Below are positions 40,173 to 50,355 of a DNA stretch of 64,000 bases, piece after piece (position 1 is the stretch's first letter; each line of letters starts with the position of its first letter). Location of the stretch: NCBI GenBank assembly GCA_963712745.1, contig CAVQJC010000006.1, forward strand, positions 96,001 through 160,000, given 5' to 3'. The position numbers and the translations under genes are program-made. The DNA comes from an uncultured Chloroflexia bacterium (GTDB lineage: Bacteria > Chloroflexota > Limnocylindria > Limnocylindrales > CSP1-4). The notes below the pieces were generated by a model, which worked only from the letters and a program-made list of their open reading frames with translations, had not been told where the DNA came from and did no database searches.

Positions 40173-41448
40173 ATGAAAGACGAGACCCTCGCCGTCCACG
40201 CCGGCTACGAGACCGACCCCACGACCAAGTCGGTCGTGGTGCCCATCTACCAGACCGTCGCCTACGAGTTCGACGACGCCCAGCATGGCGCCGACCTCTT
40301 CAACCTCGAGGTCGCGGGCAACATCTACACCCGCATCATGAACCCCACCGCGGACGTGCTCGAGAAGCGCATCGCGGAGATGGAGGGCGGCATCGCCGGC
40401 CTGGCCCTGAGCGCCGGTTCGGCGGCTATCAACTACGCCATCCTGACCATCGCCAAGGCCGGTGCCAACATCGTCTCCGTGCCCCAGCTCTACGGCGGTA
40501 CCTACACGCTCTTCGCGCACATGCTGCCGGGACAGGGCATCGACGTCCGCTTCGCCGAGGACGACAGCCCGGCGGCGCTCGAGAAGCTCATCGACGACAA
40601 GACCGCCGCGGTCTTCCTCGAGTCCATCGGCAACCCGGCCGGCAACATCGCCGACATCGAGGCCATCGCCACGATGGCCCACAGCCACGGCGTGCCGGTC
40701 ATCGTCGACTCCACGGTCTCCACGCCGGTCCTGACCAAGCCCATCGAGTATGGCGCGGACATCGTCATCCACTCGATGACCAAGTACATCGGTGGCCACG
40801 GCAACTCGCTCGGCGGCATGATCGTCGACAGTGGCAACTTCGCCTGGGCCGAGCACCCCGACCGCTACCCCATGCTCATCGAGCCGGAGCCGGCCTACCA
40901 CGGCGTCAGCTACACCGAGACCTTCGGGCCGGCGGCCTTCATCGCCCGCGCTCGGACCGTTCCGTTGCGCAACACCGGTTCCGCCATCAGCCCATTCAAC
41001 GCCTTCCTCATCCTGCAGGGCATCCAGACGCTGCCCATCCGCATGGAGCGGCACGTCGAGAACGCCAAGGCCGTGGCAGCGCACCTGCAAGGCTCACCCG
41101 CAGGTCGAGTGGGTCAGCTACGCCGGCCTGCCGGACTCGCCGTACTACGAGCTGGCGCAGAAGTACACCGGCGGCAAGCCGTCAGGCCTCCTGAGCTTCG
41201 GCGTCAAGGGCGGCTATGAGCCCGGCGTCAAGTTCTACGACGCACTCAAGCTGTTCAAGCGCCTTGTCAACATCGGCGACGTCCGCTCGCTGGCGGCGCA
41301 CCCGGCGTCGACCACGCACCGCCAGATGACCCTCGAGGAGCAGGCCTCGGCCAAGGTCAGCCCGGACACCATCCGCCTGTGCGTCGGCATCGAGCACATC
41401 GACGACATCATCGAGGACATCGACCAGGCCCTGGCCGCCTCGGCCTAG
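40173..41448 (+). CDS. metY: O-acetylhomoserine aminocarboxypropyltransferase / sulfhydrylase (frameshift near 41090)
   Basis: PIYQTVAYEF, GNIYTRIMNPT, HSMTKYIGGHG; continues HPQVEWVSY...LVNIGD.RSLA.HPASTTH...GIEHIDD. Confidence 0.92.
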
Positions 41449-41656
41449 CGCGTTCGCCGCGACCCTCGCGCATCTTGACCGCGGTCCTGAACAGGGACCG
41501 TGGTCAAGCGCAGGCCCGCGCGTTCGGGATGGGGTCGGCCGCTGGGTCTGATGGCGCCCGAGAGCCGGCGACGGAAGTGCGCGAGACCCCGCGACGAACC
41601 ATCCACCAGCTCCGTCGGAACGCTGCCCGGAGCCTCGATTTCCGCCATTGACGCTG

Positions 41657-41699
41657 TGCTAACGTTCCCTCTCAGAAAGTCCGGCAGGGAACGCTGTCG
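41657..41699. promoter_or_regulatory. Candidate LacI-family operator pair upstream of the ABC importer
   Basis: TGCTAACGTTCCCT (41657-41670) and AGGGAACGCTGTCG (41686-41699), each with a central CG; TTGACG -35 at 41648. Confidence 0.45.
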
Positions 41700-41722
41700 G
41701 ACGACCGAGGAGGAGTGGTTGC

Positions 41723-42763
41723 ATGACACGACGGAAGACATACGGTTCGATCCTGCTTTCCGGACTCCTCGATGGCTGGCCTCAGCGGCACGGTCGTCGG
41801 GCAGGAGGCGGAGAACGAACTCGTCGTTCTCTGCACGCCGGAGCCCAGCTACTGTCAGGCGATGGAGGAGGCGTTCGAGGCTGCGACGGGGATCCCGACT
41901 TCGCACGAGCGCTTGTCCTCGGGCGAGTCTCTCGCCAAGCTGCGGGCCCAGGCTTCGGCACCCGACTTCGACATCTGGTGGGGCGGACCGGCCGACGGGC
42001 AGATCGCGGGCTTCGCCGAAGGCTGTGACCGAGGCATACGTCTCACCCAACGCGGCCGCCATCCCGGAGGGGCAGAAGGACCCCGACGGTTCGTGGACAG
42101 GTGTCTATGTCGGCGCCCTGGGCTTCTGTTCGAACCAGAAGCTCCTCGACGAACTCGGGGTCGAGGTTCCCGACTCCTGGGATGATCTGCTCGACCCGGC
42201 GCTGAAGGGCAACGTCGCGGTCGCGCACCCCGCCAGCTCCGGTACCGCGTACACCACCTTCTACACGCAGGTCATCCGCCTCGGCGAGCGAGGATGCCGC
42301 CATGGAGTACATGGCAGCGCTGCATCCGAACATCGCGCACTACACGAAGTCAGGCTCGGCACCCGGTCGCGAGGCGGGTACCGGCGAGGTCGCCGTGGCC
42401 ATCGTCTTCAGCCACGACTGCATCAACAACATCGAGAACGCTGGCATGACCGACTTGGTGGTCTCCTTCCCCGCGGAAGGCACGGGCTACGAGATCGCCG
42501 GCCAGGCGATCGTGGCCAACGCCCAGCACCCGAACAATGCCAGGACCTGGTACGACTGGGCGCTGACGAAGGAGGCACAGGAAATCGGCCCCACGGTCGG
42601 CGCGTATCAGCTGCCGACGAACCCCGATGCCGAGGTCAGCGACAAGGCCGTGTCGCTCTCGGAGGTCACCCTGGTCGACTACGACTTCCAGGCGGCAGGC
42701 GAAGCTCGAACGCGCCTGACCCAGCGGTTCGAGGACGAGATCGCCATCGCGCCGGTCGAGTAG
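41723..42763 (+). CDS. AfuA/FbpA-family ABC substrate-binding protein, likely sugar-phosphate (frameshifts near 41770, 42025, 42290)
   Basis: GAGGAGGAG RBS; RLSSGE, DIWWGGP, PDSWDDLLDP, HPASSGTAYT, FSHD, EGTGYE across frames. Confidence 0.8.
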
Positions 42764-42825
42764 CGCGGCTGCATGACCCCAACGAGCGCCGGCCTGGTCC
42801 AGTGCTCGTGACTCACCGCCACACT

Positions 42826-42854
42826 GACGAGGCCGGCCCGACGCCGGCCTCGTC
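42826..42854 (+). terminator. Intercistronic hairpin after the substrate-binding protein gene
   Basis: Perfect 12-bp stem GACGAGGCCGGC / GCCGGCCTCGTC with 5-nt loop; no U-tract, so more likely an mRNA stabiliser or attenuator. Confidence 0.6.
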
Positions 42855-42866
42855 CTCACACTGTCC

Positions 42867-44688
42867 ATGACGGCCTCTACGCCCCGCAAGGAGCTGAAGG
42901 AGGCCGCCTACGGGCGTGCCCTGCCCGAGGGCTTCCCGGGGGACGCCCCCAAGTCGCGTCGGCGTGCGCTCGACCCCATCGTCATCGCTGCCATCGTGAT
43001 CTCGGCGCTCTTCGTCGTGGTCGCCATCGGCCTGCCGGTCCTCTCCGTCACGGGTCAAGCCTTCTCGGCCGAGGCGGTCCCCTACTTCGAGCGCTACATC
43101 ACGTCGGTCCAGAACCAGATCTTCGTCAACACGATGGTGTTGGGGGTCGCGGTCGCGACCGTGGGCACGTTCGTGGCCTTCGTGTTCGCCTACGTCCAGG
43201 TGCGCGTGCCGAAGCCGCGTCCAGTCCAGCTGCTCATCCACGTGATGGCCTTGCTGCCGATCGTCAGCCCGCCCTTCGCGCTGGCCGTGGCTGCCGTCTC
43301 ACTGTTCGGCCGCAGCGGCATCATCACCTACGACATCTTTGGCATCCGCCTGGACATCTACTCATGGCCCGACGTCCAGGTGCCGTTCGTCGGAGATCCA
43401 GCTGCCACCGCTGGGTCTGACCCTGATCATGTCCCTGACGTTCTTCCCCATCGCGTACATCATGCTGATGGGCATGATGCGTGCGCTCGACCCATCGCTG
43501 GGCGAGGCCGCGGCCAACCTTGGCGCCTCCAAGTGGCGCGCGTTCCGCAAGGTGGAGCTGCCGCTGCTCGCGCCAGGCATCGCGTCGGCCTTCCTCCTGC
43601 TCTTCGTGGAAGCGCTGGCAGACCTCGGCAACCCGCTCGTGCTCGGCGGTGACTACTGGGTGCTGGCGAGTCGCATGTACATCGCCATCATCGGCCAGTA
43701 CAACCTGACGGCCGGCTCGGTGCTGGCGGTGATGCTCCTGGTGCCCGCCCTCATCGTCTACTTCGTGCACCGCTACTACGCCAACAAGGCCTCCATCGTC
43801 TCGGTGTCTGGCAAGCCCAGCGGCAAACACGGGGAGATCCGGAGCCGTTGGGTGCGCTGGCTGTTGCTTGGCACGGTGCTCTCCATCGTCGGTGTCGTCA
43901 TCCTGCTCTACGGCACGATCGTGCTCGGCTCCGTCGTCAGGCTGCTGGGCGTGAACCACGAGTTCACGCTCGATCACTTCGACTCGGTCCTGTTCGGCAT
44001 CGGCACGAAGGCAGTGACCGACACCGTCACGCTGGCCTCCATCGCGACGCCTATCGCCGGACTGCTCGGTGTGATCGTGGCCTTCCTCGTCGTGCGCCGC
44101 CGCTTCTGGGGACGCGGCGCGCTCGACTTCGGGGTCATGCTCGGCATCGCCATCCCCGGCACGATCTTCGGCATCGGCTACCTGCTCGCGTTCAACACGC
44201 CCACGGAGGTCTTCGGTATAACCATCATCCCCAAGCTGACCGGCGGCGCAGCCATCCTCGGTGGTGCCATCGCCATCGTGATGGTCTTCGTGCTCCGCTC
44301 GGCGCCAGGCGGACTGCGCACCGGCGTCGCCTCGCTGCAGCAGATCGATCCGGCTATCGAGGAGGCCTCGACCTCGCTAGGAGCGAACCAGGCGCACACG
44401 TTCCGCAGGATCACGCTGCCGCTGATCCGACCAGCGTTCCTGGCCGGGCTCATCTATTCGTTCGCCCGCTCGATGACAGCCATCAGCGCGGTGATCTTCC
44501 TGACCACGCCGAAGGTGCGCATCATGACGGCCCAGATCCTCAATGAGACGGAGGGAGCACGCTACGGCAACGCCTTCGCCTATTCCGTGCTGCTCATCCT
44601 CATCGTCCTCGCTGCCATCGGCATCCTGTCGCTGCTCGTGGGGACGCGTACCGGGGCCGAACAGGCCACCGAGACAGGAGGCAACTGA
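42867..44688 (+). CDS. AfuB/FbpB-type double-domain ABC permease (frameshift near 43395)
   Basis: LPIVSPPF, LFGRSG, two EAA loops (EAAANLGA, EEASTSLGA), DLGNP. Confidence 0.87.
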
Positions 44689-45828
44689 TGACGGCGACGA
44701 CCGAAGGTAGGCGCGACGCGAGCGCGCCCGCGACCGTCCTGCTCGAACGGCTGTCCAAGTACTTCAAGTCGCCGGAGGGGGACCTCGTCAAGGCCGTCGA
44801 CGACATCACGCTCGAGCTATCCGGCGGCAGCTTCGTGACGCTGCTCGGTCCCTCCGGCTGCGGCAAGACCACGACCTTGCGCATGATCGCCGGCTTCGAG
44901 ACCCCCACCACCGGGCGCATCATGGTGGATGACCGCGACATCGCCCGCCTCACGCCGGACAAGCGCGGCATGGGCATGGTCTTCCAATCGTACGCGCTGT
45001 TCCCGCACCTGACGGTGCACGACAACGTGGCGTTCGGGGTCCAGCTGCAGGGCAAGAAGGGGGCTGAGCTCGAAGCGACAATCGACAACGCCCTCGACCT
45101 GGTCAACCTGCATGGCTTGGGCCAACGCAAGATCTCGAGAGCTGTCGGGCGGCCAGCAGCAGCGCGTGGCGCTGGCCCGGGCCATGGCCATCGAGCCACG
45201 GGTGCTGCTCTTCGACGAGCCCCTCTCGAACCTTGACGCCAAGCTGCGCGTTTCGCTGCGCTCGGAGATCCGGCGTATCCAGCAGGCGCTGGGCACCACG
45301 TCCGTCTACGTCACCCACGACCAGGCCGAAGCCATGGCCCTGTCAGATGTGGTGGTGGTCATGAACGCGGGCAAGATCGAGCAGTCCGGGCCGCCCGACG
45401 TGATCTATCGACGTCCGAATACCCGCTTCGTGGCCGACTTCATCGGCCGTGCCAACTTCCTCGGTGGTGAGGTGCTGGCCATCGGTGACGAGACCATCGA
45501 CGTGTCGCTGATGGGCGTGGTCTTGACTATCCCGGCCGGCGAGGGGCATGCCCAGGGCGGTCAGGCCACGGTCGTGGCGCGACCCGAGTCTGTGAGCGTC
45601 GGCGAGGGCGAGCTGCGCGCGGTGGTCAAGGGCAGCACGTTCTTGGGCTCGTACGTCGAGTACGAACTCGAGCTCGGCGAGGGCCAGGAGAACATGCTCG
45701 CGGTGGACGGCGAGTGGATGTCACACGGTGTCCACCAGCCGGGTGACGAGGTCGCCTGGACCCTGGTGCGCGAGCGGGCCTATGCCCTGCCGGCCGAGGC
45801 CGGGCAGGAGACCGCGACCGACGCCTAG
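44688..45828 (+). CDS. ABC transporter ATP-binding protein, AfuC/FbpC-like (frameshift near 45137)
   Basis: [19 protein letters not shown]; then [27 protein letters not shown]. Confidence 0.9.
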
Positions 45829-45915
45829 CCAGCGGGCCGCAGCCCGACCACGCCCGTGTGCGGCCGCAACCTACTGGCATGGACATCTCGGTCCACACGG
45901 CAGAGCGCCCTCGCG

Positions 45916-45931
45916 TGTGACAAAGGTCACA
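45916..45931. promoter_or_regulatory. CRP/FNR-family binding site upstream of nirK
   Basis: TGTGA-CAAAGG-TCACA is a perfect TGTGA-N6-TCACA; followed by TTGCTA(45939)-17 bp-TAGCCT(45962). Confidence 0.75.
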
Positions 45932-46048
45932 GATCTAGTTGCTATTCGTTTCTGGCGCCACTAGCCTCACCCTGCGCAGAGTCGAGCGCGAGGGTCGGCG
46001 GCGGCACCCCCCGTCTGCCGCGATCCTCGATAGATGAGGAGCGAACCG

Positions 46049-47155
46049 ATGCCGAGAACCACTCTACCCACGGTATGGGCGCGCCGAACGTCTGCCATCC
46101 TGGCTGCCGTCGTGCTTACCCTTTCTGGCGCAGCGACGGTCGCCGCCGCCGAGCATCCGAGCGTCATCCCCGATCTGGTGCCCAAGGCCGAGCTGCCCCT
46201 GGCGCCTGATAGTGAGGTCAACGTCTCGTACGCACCCGAGGTCCCACCCGCATCCGGCCGCACCGAGCCGGCCCTGGTCGAGGTCGCCTTCGAGGTAGCC
46301 GAGAACGTGACCGCCATCGACCCGGCGACCGGCGTCGAGTACGAGACCTGGGGCTATCGCCTGCCGGGCGACGAGGGCGCGGTCTCAGGCACGCCGGGCC
46401 CCATGATCCGAGCTCGAGTCGGCGACGTGCTCCGCTTCACCATCACCAACCCGGAAGGCAACGTGATGCCGCACAACGTGGACTTCCACGCGGTCACCGG
46501 GCAGGGCGGCGGCGCAGCCTACACCGTGGTCGCACCGGGCATGACGGCCGTCATCGAGGCCCGTCTGCTCTATCCGGGCTTCTTCATGTATCACTGCGCC
46601 ATGGGCGACGTGCCCGAGCACATCTCGCACGGCATGTACGGCGGCATCCTCGTGGACCCGGCGGAGCCGCTGCCGGAGGTCGACCACGAGTGGTACATCG
46701 TGCAGTCGGAGTTCTACACCACCTCGACCGAGCCGGGCCTGGTCGAGACAGACCGAGCCGCCATCACCGCCGAGCAGCCCACGATGGTCGTGTTCAACGG
46801 CGCGAAGGGTGCACTCACCGGTGACAACGCTCCCGTGATGCAGGTCGGCGAGCGTGCGCGGATCTACTTCGTCAACGCCGGCCTCAACCTCATCTCCAGC
46901 TTCCATCCCATCGGTTCCCACTGGGACGTGGTGTACCAGGAGGCGGCCCTGCTGAACGAGCCGTTGCGCGGCTCCCAGACGACGCTCGTGCCGGCCGGCG
47001 GAGGCACGGTGGTAGAGCTCATCGGACAGGTCCCGAGCACCATCATCCTTGTCGACCACGCGCTGGCTCGCACGTTCGACAAGGGCGCGCTCGGGATGGT
47101 CATGGTACAGGGTGAGGAGGATCCGGAGGTCTTCGAGGCCATCCCCGTCGAATAG
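46049..47155 (+). CDS. nirK: Copper-containing nitrite reductase
   Basis: Signal peptide; HNVDFH, YHC...H...GMYG, SSFHPIG, LVDHA give the type-1 and type-2 Cu ligands and catalytic Asp/His; GAGGAG RBS. Confidence 0.92.
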   Translation: MPRTTLPTVWARRTSAILAAVVLTLSGAATVAAAEHPSVIPDLVPKAELPLAPDSEVNVSYAPEVPPASGRTEPALVEVAFEVAENVTAIDPATGVEYETWGYRLPGDEGAVSGTPGPMIRARVGDVLRFTITNPEGNVMPHNVDFHAVTGQGGGAAYTVVAPGMTAVIEARLLYPGFFMYHCAMGDVPEHISHGMYGGILVDPAEPLPEVDHEWYIVQSEFYTTSTEPGLVETDRAAITAEQPTMVVFNGAKGALTGDNAPVMQVGERARIYFVNAGLNLISSFHPIGSHWDVVYQEAALLNEPLRGSQTTLVPAGGGTVVELIGQVPSTIILVDHALARTFDKGALGMVMVQGEEDPEVFEAIPVE

Positions 47156-47165
47156 GCACCGTGGT

Positions 47166-47666
47166 CTAGCGGCGGTCACCAGGGAGCGGCTCGGCCCAGG
47201 CTTCGAGCCGCTCCTGCCATTCCTCGACCAGCGCCCGGTAGATGGGCCGCTTGACCTCCCACATCTCCTCGGCCAGGTCGGCCAGATCCATCCAGCGGTA
47301 GTCCCTGAACTCCTGGCGCTCCCCCTTCGGCGGCTTCAGGTCGATGTCGTCGTCGGTCCCCAGGAAGCGATAGAGGAACCACTTCTGGACCTGACCGCGG
47401 GCGCGCTCGTCGCGACGCCGGGCCGGCGGCAACTCGTAGGCCAGCCAGTCGGGATGCTCGGCCACGAGCTCCACGTGATCTGCCCGCAACCCGGTCTCCT
47501 CCCGCAGCTCACGCATGGAGGCCTCCGCCGGCTCCTCACCCATGTTCAGGCCGCCCTGGGGCATCTGCCAGCGACCGGGCTGGTCGATGCGCTCCAGCGC
47601 CAGGACACGCCCATCGTCGCGCGCCACCGCGATGCCCACGTTGGCCCGGAAGGTCTGGCTGGTCAT
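47166..47666 (-). CDS. rppH: RNA pyrophosphohydrolase (Nudix)
   Basis: FRANVGI, WQMPQGG...E.P.EA.MRELREETG, WLAYELP, GQVQKWF, EF..YRW, KRPIY. Confidence 0.88.
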   Translation of the reverse strand: MTSQTFRANVGIAVARDDGRVLALERIDQPGRWQMPQGGLNMGEEPAEASMRELREETGLRADHVELVAEHPDWLAYELPPARRRDERARGQVQKWFLYRFLGTDDDIDLKPPKGERQEFRDYRWMDLADLAEEMWEVKRPIYRALVEEWQERLEAWAEPLPGDRR

Positions 47667-47789
47667 GGCGTCTACTCTACGCGGCCAGGGCCAGTCACCG
47701 CGACCCGGCCCGCGGAGTAGCATCGAGCGGTGAGCCCGCGGCGCACGGACATCACCAGACGGTCAGGCCCAGGAACAGGGAGGTTCAGG

Positions 47790-48929
47790 ATGGTTCGGAC
47801 GACATTCACTCGCGTCCTGCTGGGGGCGGCATTGGTCATCACCATCCCGCTGGCCACCGCTGCCCAGGATCCGGCCGAGTCACCTGAGAGCGACGAGTGG
47901 CATCTCACCTCCTACACCCTCGATGGCGAGGCGCTGATCGTGCCCTGGTATGTCGATGCCACGCTCCTGCTCGAGGCTGGCCAGGCCGCGGGCTCCACCG
48001 GCTGCAACACCTTCAGCGGTAGCTACACACTCGAGGGCGACCAGCTGACCTTCGATCCGACCGTGACGATGACGCGCATGGCCTGCCCCGAGGAGGAGTC
48101 GGCCGTGGAGGACGGCTACATGGCGGCCCTGCCCCTGGTCGAGTTCTGGACCATGGAGGACGGTGACCTGCTGCTGGCCGACGCCGACGGTCTGCCGCTC
48201 CTCGGCTTCGAACGGTCGACCGTCGCCCTGACCGAGAGCGACGTGGTCGCCATGGCTGCTCTGTTCCGTGAACAGCAGGCGGAGATCCAGCGGCTCGACG
48301 AGCGCATCGACAGCGTGCGCATCCGCATCCTGCGTGAGCGCGTCAAGGAGCTCGAGGGCCAGGTCGAGGCCCTGAGTGCTGCGCAGGCCGCAGCCCAGCG
48401 ACAGGCGGCCACGACCTTCGCCTCGTCGGAGCGAACCCTGCTCCAGGGCATCCCTTCATCCATCCGGAGCACCTGTCGCCCGCTCCGCGCCGACAACAAC
48501 CCGGCCGGTACCTTGGCGGCCGTGCGCTGCCGGCCCGCCGATGGCCTCATCAGCGAGATGGCCTACTACCTCATGCCCTACAAGCAGGCGCGTCGCACGT
48601 TCAACACCGTCATGGCCAGGAACGATGTGCCGCAGGGGAATGGTTGTCGCTCGGGCAAGCCCGGCAAGGTCCTGACCCCGCCGCTCTTCGGCGAGGGCTG
48701 TTTCGTCAGCGGCGGGCGTGCCAATGTCCGCCTCATCGACTGGGCCGCCGGCTGCCACCAGTTGAACGTCGGTGGCACCCAGGTGGCGCAGCCGGCGATC
48801 TATGTGGCCATCGAGGGCAAGAACAGGCGCATCGCCCCGCTCATCAACTCGCTGCTCGGCGAAGGCGGGTACACGGTCACGTCGCCCATCCCGTACGGAG
48901 CGCAACCCCTCTCGCCGGGCTGCGAGTAG
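47790..48929 (+). CDS. Exported META domain + coiled coil + 6-Cys domain protein
   Basis: Signal peptide ending AAQ; GSTGCNTFSGSY, TRMAC, VEDGYM; heptads with RVKELE; Cys-rich C-terminal domain. Confidence 0.8.
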   Translation: MVRTTFTRVLLGAALVITIPLATAAQDPAESPESDEWHLTSYTLDGEALIVPWYVDATLLLEAGQAAGSTGCNTFSGSYTLEGDQLTFDPTVTMTRMACPEEESAVEDGYMAALPLVEFWTMEDGDLLLADADGLPLLGFERSTVALTESDVVAMAALFREQQAEIQRLDERIDSVRIRILRERVKELEGQVEALSAAQAAAQRQAATTFASSERTLLQGIPSSIRSTCRPLRADNNPAGTLAAVRCRPADGLISEMAYYLMPYKQARRTFNTVMARNDVPQGNGCRSGKPGKVLTPPLFGEGCFVSGGRANVRLIDWAAGCHQLNVGGTQVAQPAIYVAIEGKNRRIAPLINSLLGEGGYTVTSPIPYGAQPLSPGCE

Positions 48930-49049
48930 CCGGCCCGCGGTGACGACACCGCCACGCCAGGCGCGAGCCCGCCCGGAGATGTTCGAACGGGCTCGCGGTG
49001 TACTCTCGCTCCCTGCCCTACCCGACCATCGAGCAGGGGGTGCTACTTC

Positions 49050-50297
49050 GTGATCCGTCCTCGACTCATCGGCAGCGTCTTCGCCGCCCTCCTCGTCGCC
49101 GGTCTGCCGGCGACCGCCGTGTCCCAGTCGGCCCCGCCGTCCTCGCCCGAGGGGTTCGACTGGACCCTCACGAGCTACTACGACGAAGCCACGGCCGAGA
49201 CAACGGCGGTGCCCTTCGAGATCGGCGCCACGCTTCGCCTCGAGGAGGGCGTCGCATCGGGCTTCGCGGGCTGCAACCAGTTCAGCGGCAACTACCTGCT
49301 CGACGGCAGCAGCCTGAGCCTGGGCGAGGAGATGTCGGTGACGCTCGCGCTCTGCGACGAGCCGGCACAGACGGTCGAGGACGCCTACCTGGCCGCGCTC
49401 GGCGAAGTCGACGGCTGGACCATCGACGCGGGGATGCTCGAGCTCAGTGACGACTTCGGTGACGTCGTGCTCACGTTCGAGCGGGCCTCCATCCTCTGGA
49501 CGCCCAGCCAGCTGGCCAGCCTCATGACCGCGCTGACCGAGATGCAGGGGAGCCTGGACGAGCTGCGCACCGACGTCGACGCACTGCGCGACGATGTCGC
49601 GGCCGTCCCCGTCGAGCGCTTCCGGGACCGGATCAAGGCGCTCGAGTCCGACAACCGCAAGCTGAAGGAGAGCCTCAAGGCCGTCGGGAAGACGCCCAAG
49701 CTCGACCCCGCGCCCAGGCCCGACCCCACGCCCAAGGGCGATGCTAGGGCGTACACGTCGGCGGAGACGGCCCTGCTCAGAGGCATCCCTACGCGAATCG
49801 CCAACCGCTGCCAGCCCTTGCGCTCGGCGCTGCCGCGGGGCACCCAGGCCGCCGTCACCTGCCGGCCCAACACCGACGCTGTCGCGAAGGTCGACTACTA
49901 CCTGATGGAGGGCGAAGCGGCAGCGACCGCGTTCGGCGCGGACATGGACGCCCACAATGTGACCGAGGCGACTTCGACCAAGAAGACCTGCGAGCAGGGC
50001 GTCAAGTCGCAGCGCCACCGGCTCGACAACGGCTGGCAGGCCGAGGGCTGCTACCGCGCCAACGACCTCGCCGAGGTTCGCTTCATCGATAACGCCACCG
50101 ACTGCCGCAAGCTGAAGGTCGGCGGCAAGAACCTGGCCAGCCCAACCTTCTACATCACGCTGCGGGGCACGAACAGGGACATCACCCGCGTCCACGATTG
50201 GGCCACCAAGAACCTCCCGGCCGACTCCGCCGCGCTGACAAGCATCATCCAGCCCATCCCCTCCAAGGGTGGCGTCTCGCCCTATTGCCCGACCTGA
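49050..50297 (+). CDS. Exported META domain + coiled coil + 6-Cys domain protein (paralog)
   Basis: Signal peptide; GFAGCNQFSGNY, TLALC, VEDAYL; RIKALE; C-terminal domain aligns with the upstream gene. Confidence 0.8.
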   Translation: MIRPRLIGSVFAALLVAGLPATAVSQSAPPSSPEGFDWTLTSYYDEATAETTAVPFEIGATLRLEEGVASGFAGCNQFSGNYLLDGSSLSLGEEMSVTLALCDEPAQTVEDAYLAALGEVDGWTIDAGMLELSDDFGDVVLTFERASILWTPSQLASLMTALTEMQGSLDELRTDVDALRDDVAAVPVERFRDRIKALESDNRKLKESLKAVGKTPKLDPAPRPDPTPKGDARAYTSAETALLRGIPTRIANRCQPLRSALPRGTQAAVTCRPNTDAVAKVDYYLMEGEAAATAFGADMDAHNVTEATSTKKTCEQGVKSQRHRLDNGWQAEGCYRANDLAEVRFIDNATDCRKLKVGGKNLASPTFYITLRGTNRDITRVHDWATKNLPADSAALTSIIQPIPSKGGVSPYCPT

Positions 50298-50355
50298 TCG
50301 CCAGGGCTTCTGCGAGGGTCTACCGTTGGGCCACAGCACGGGAGGTACACGCGCC

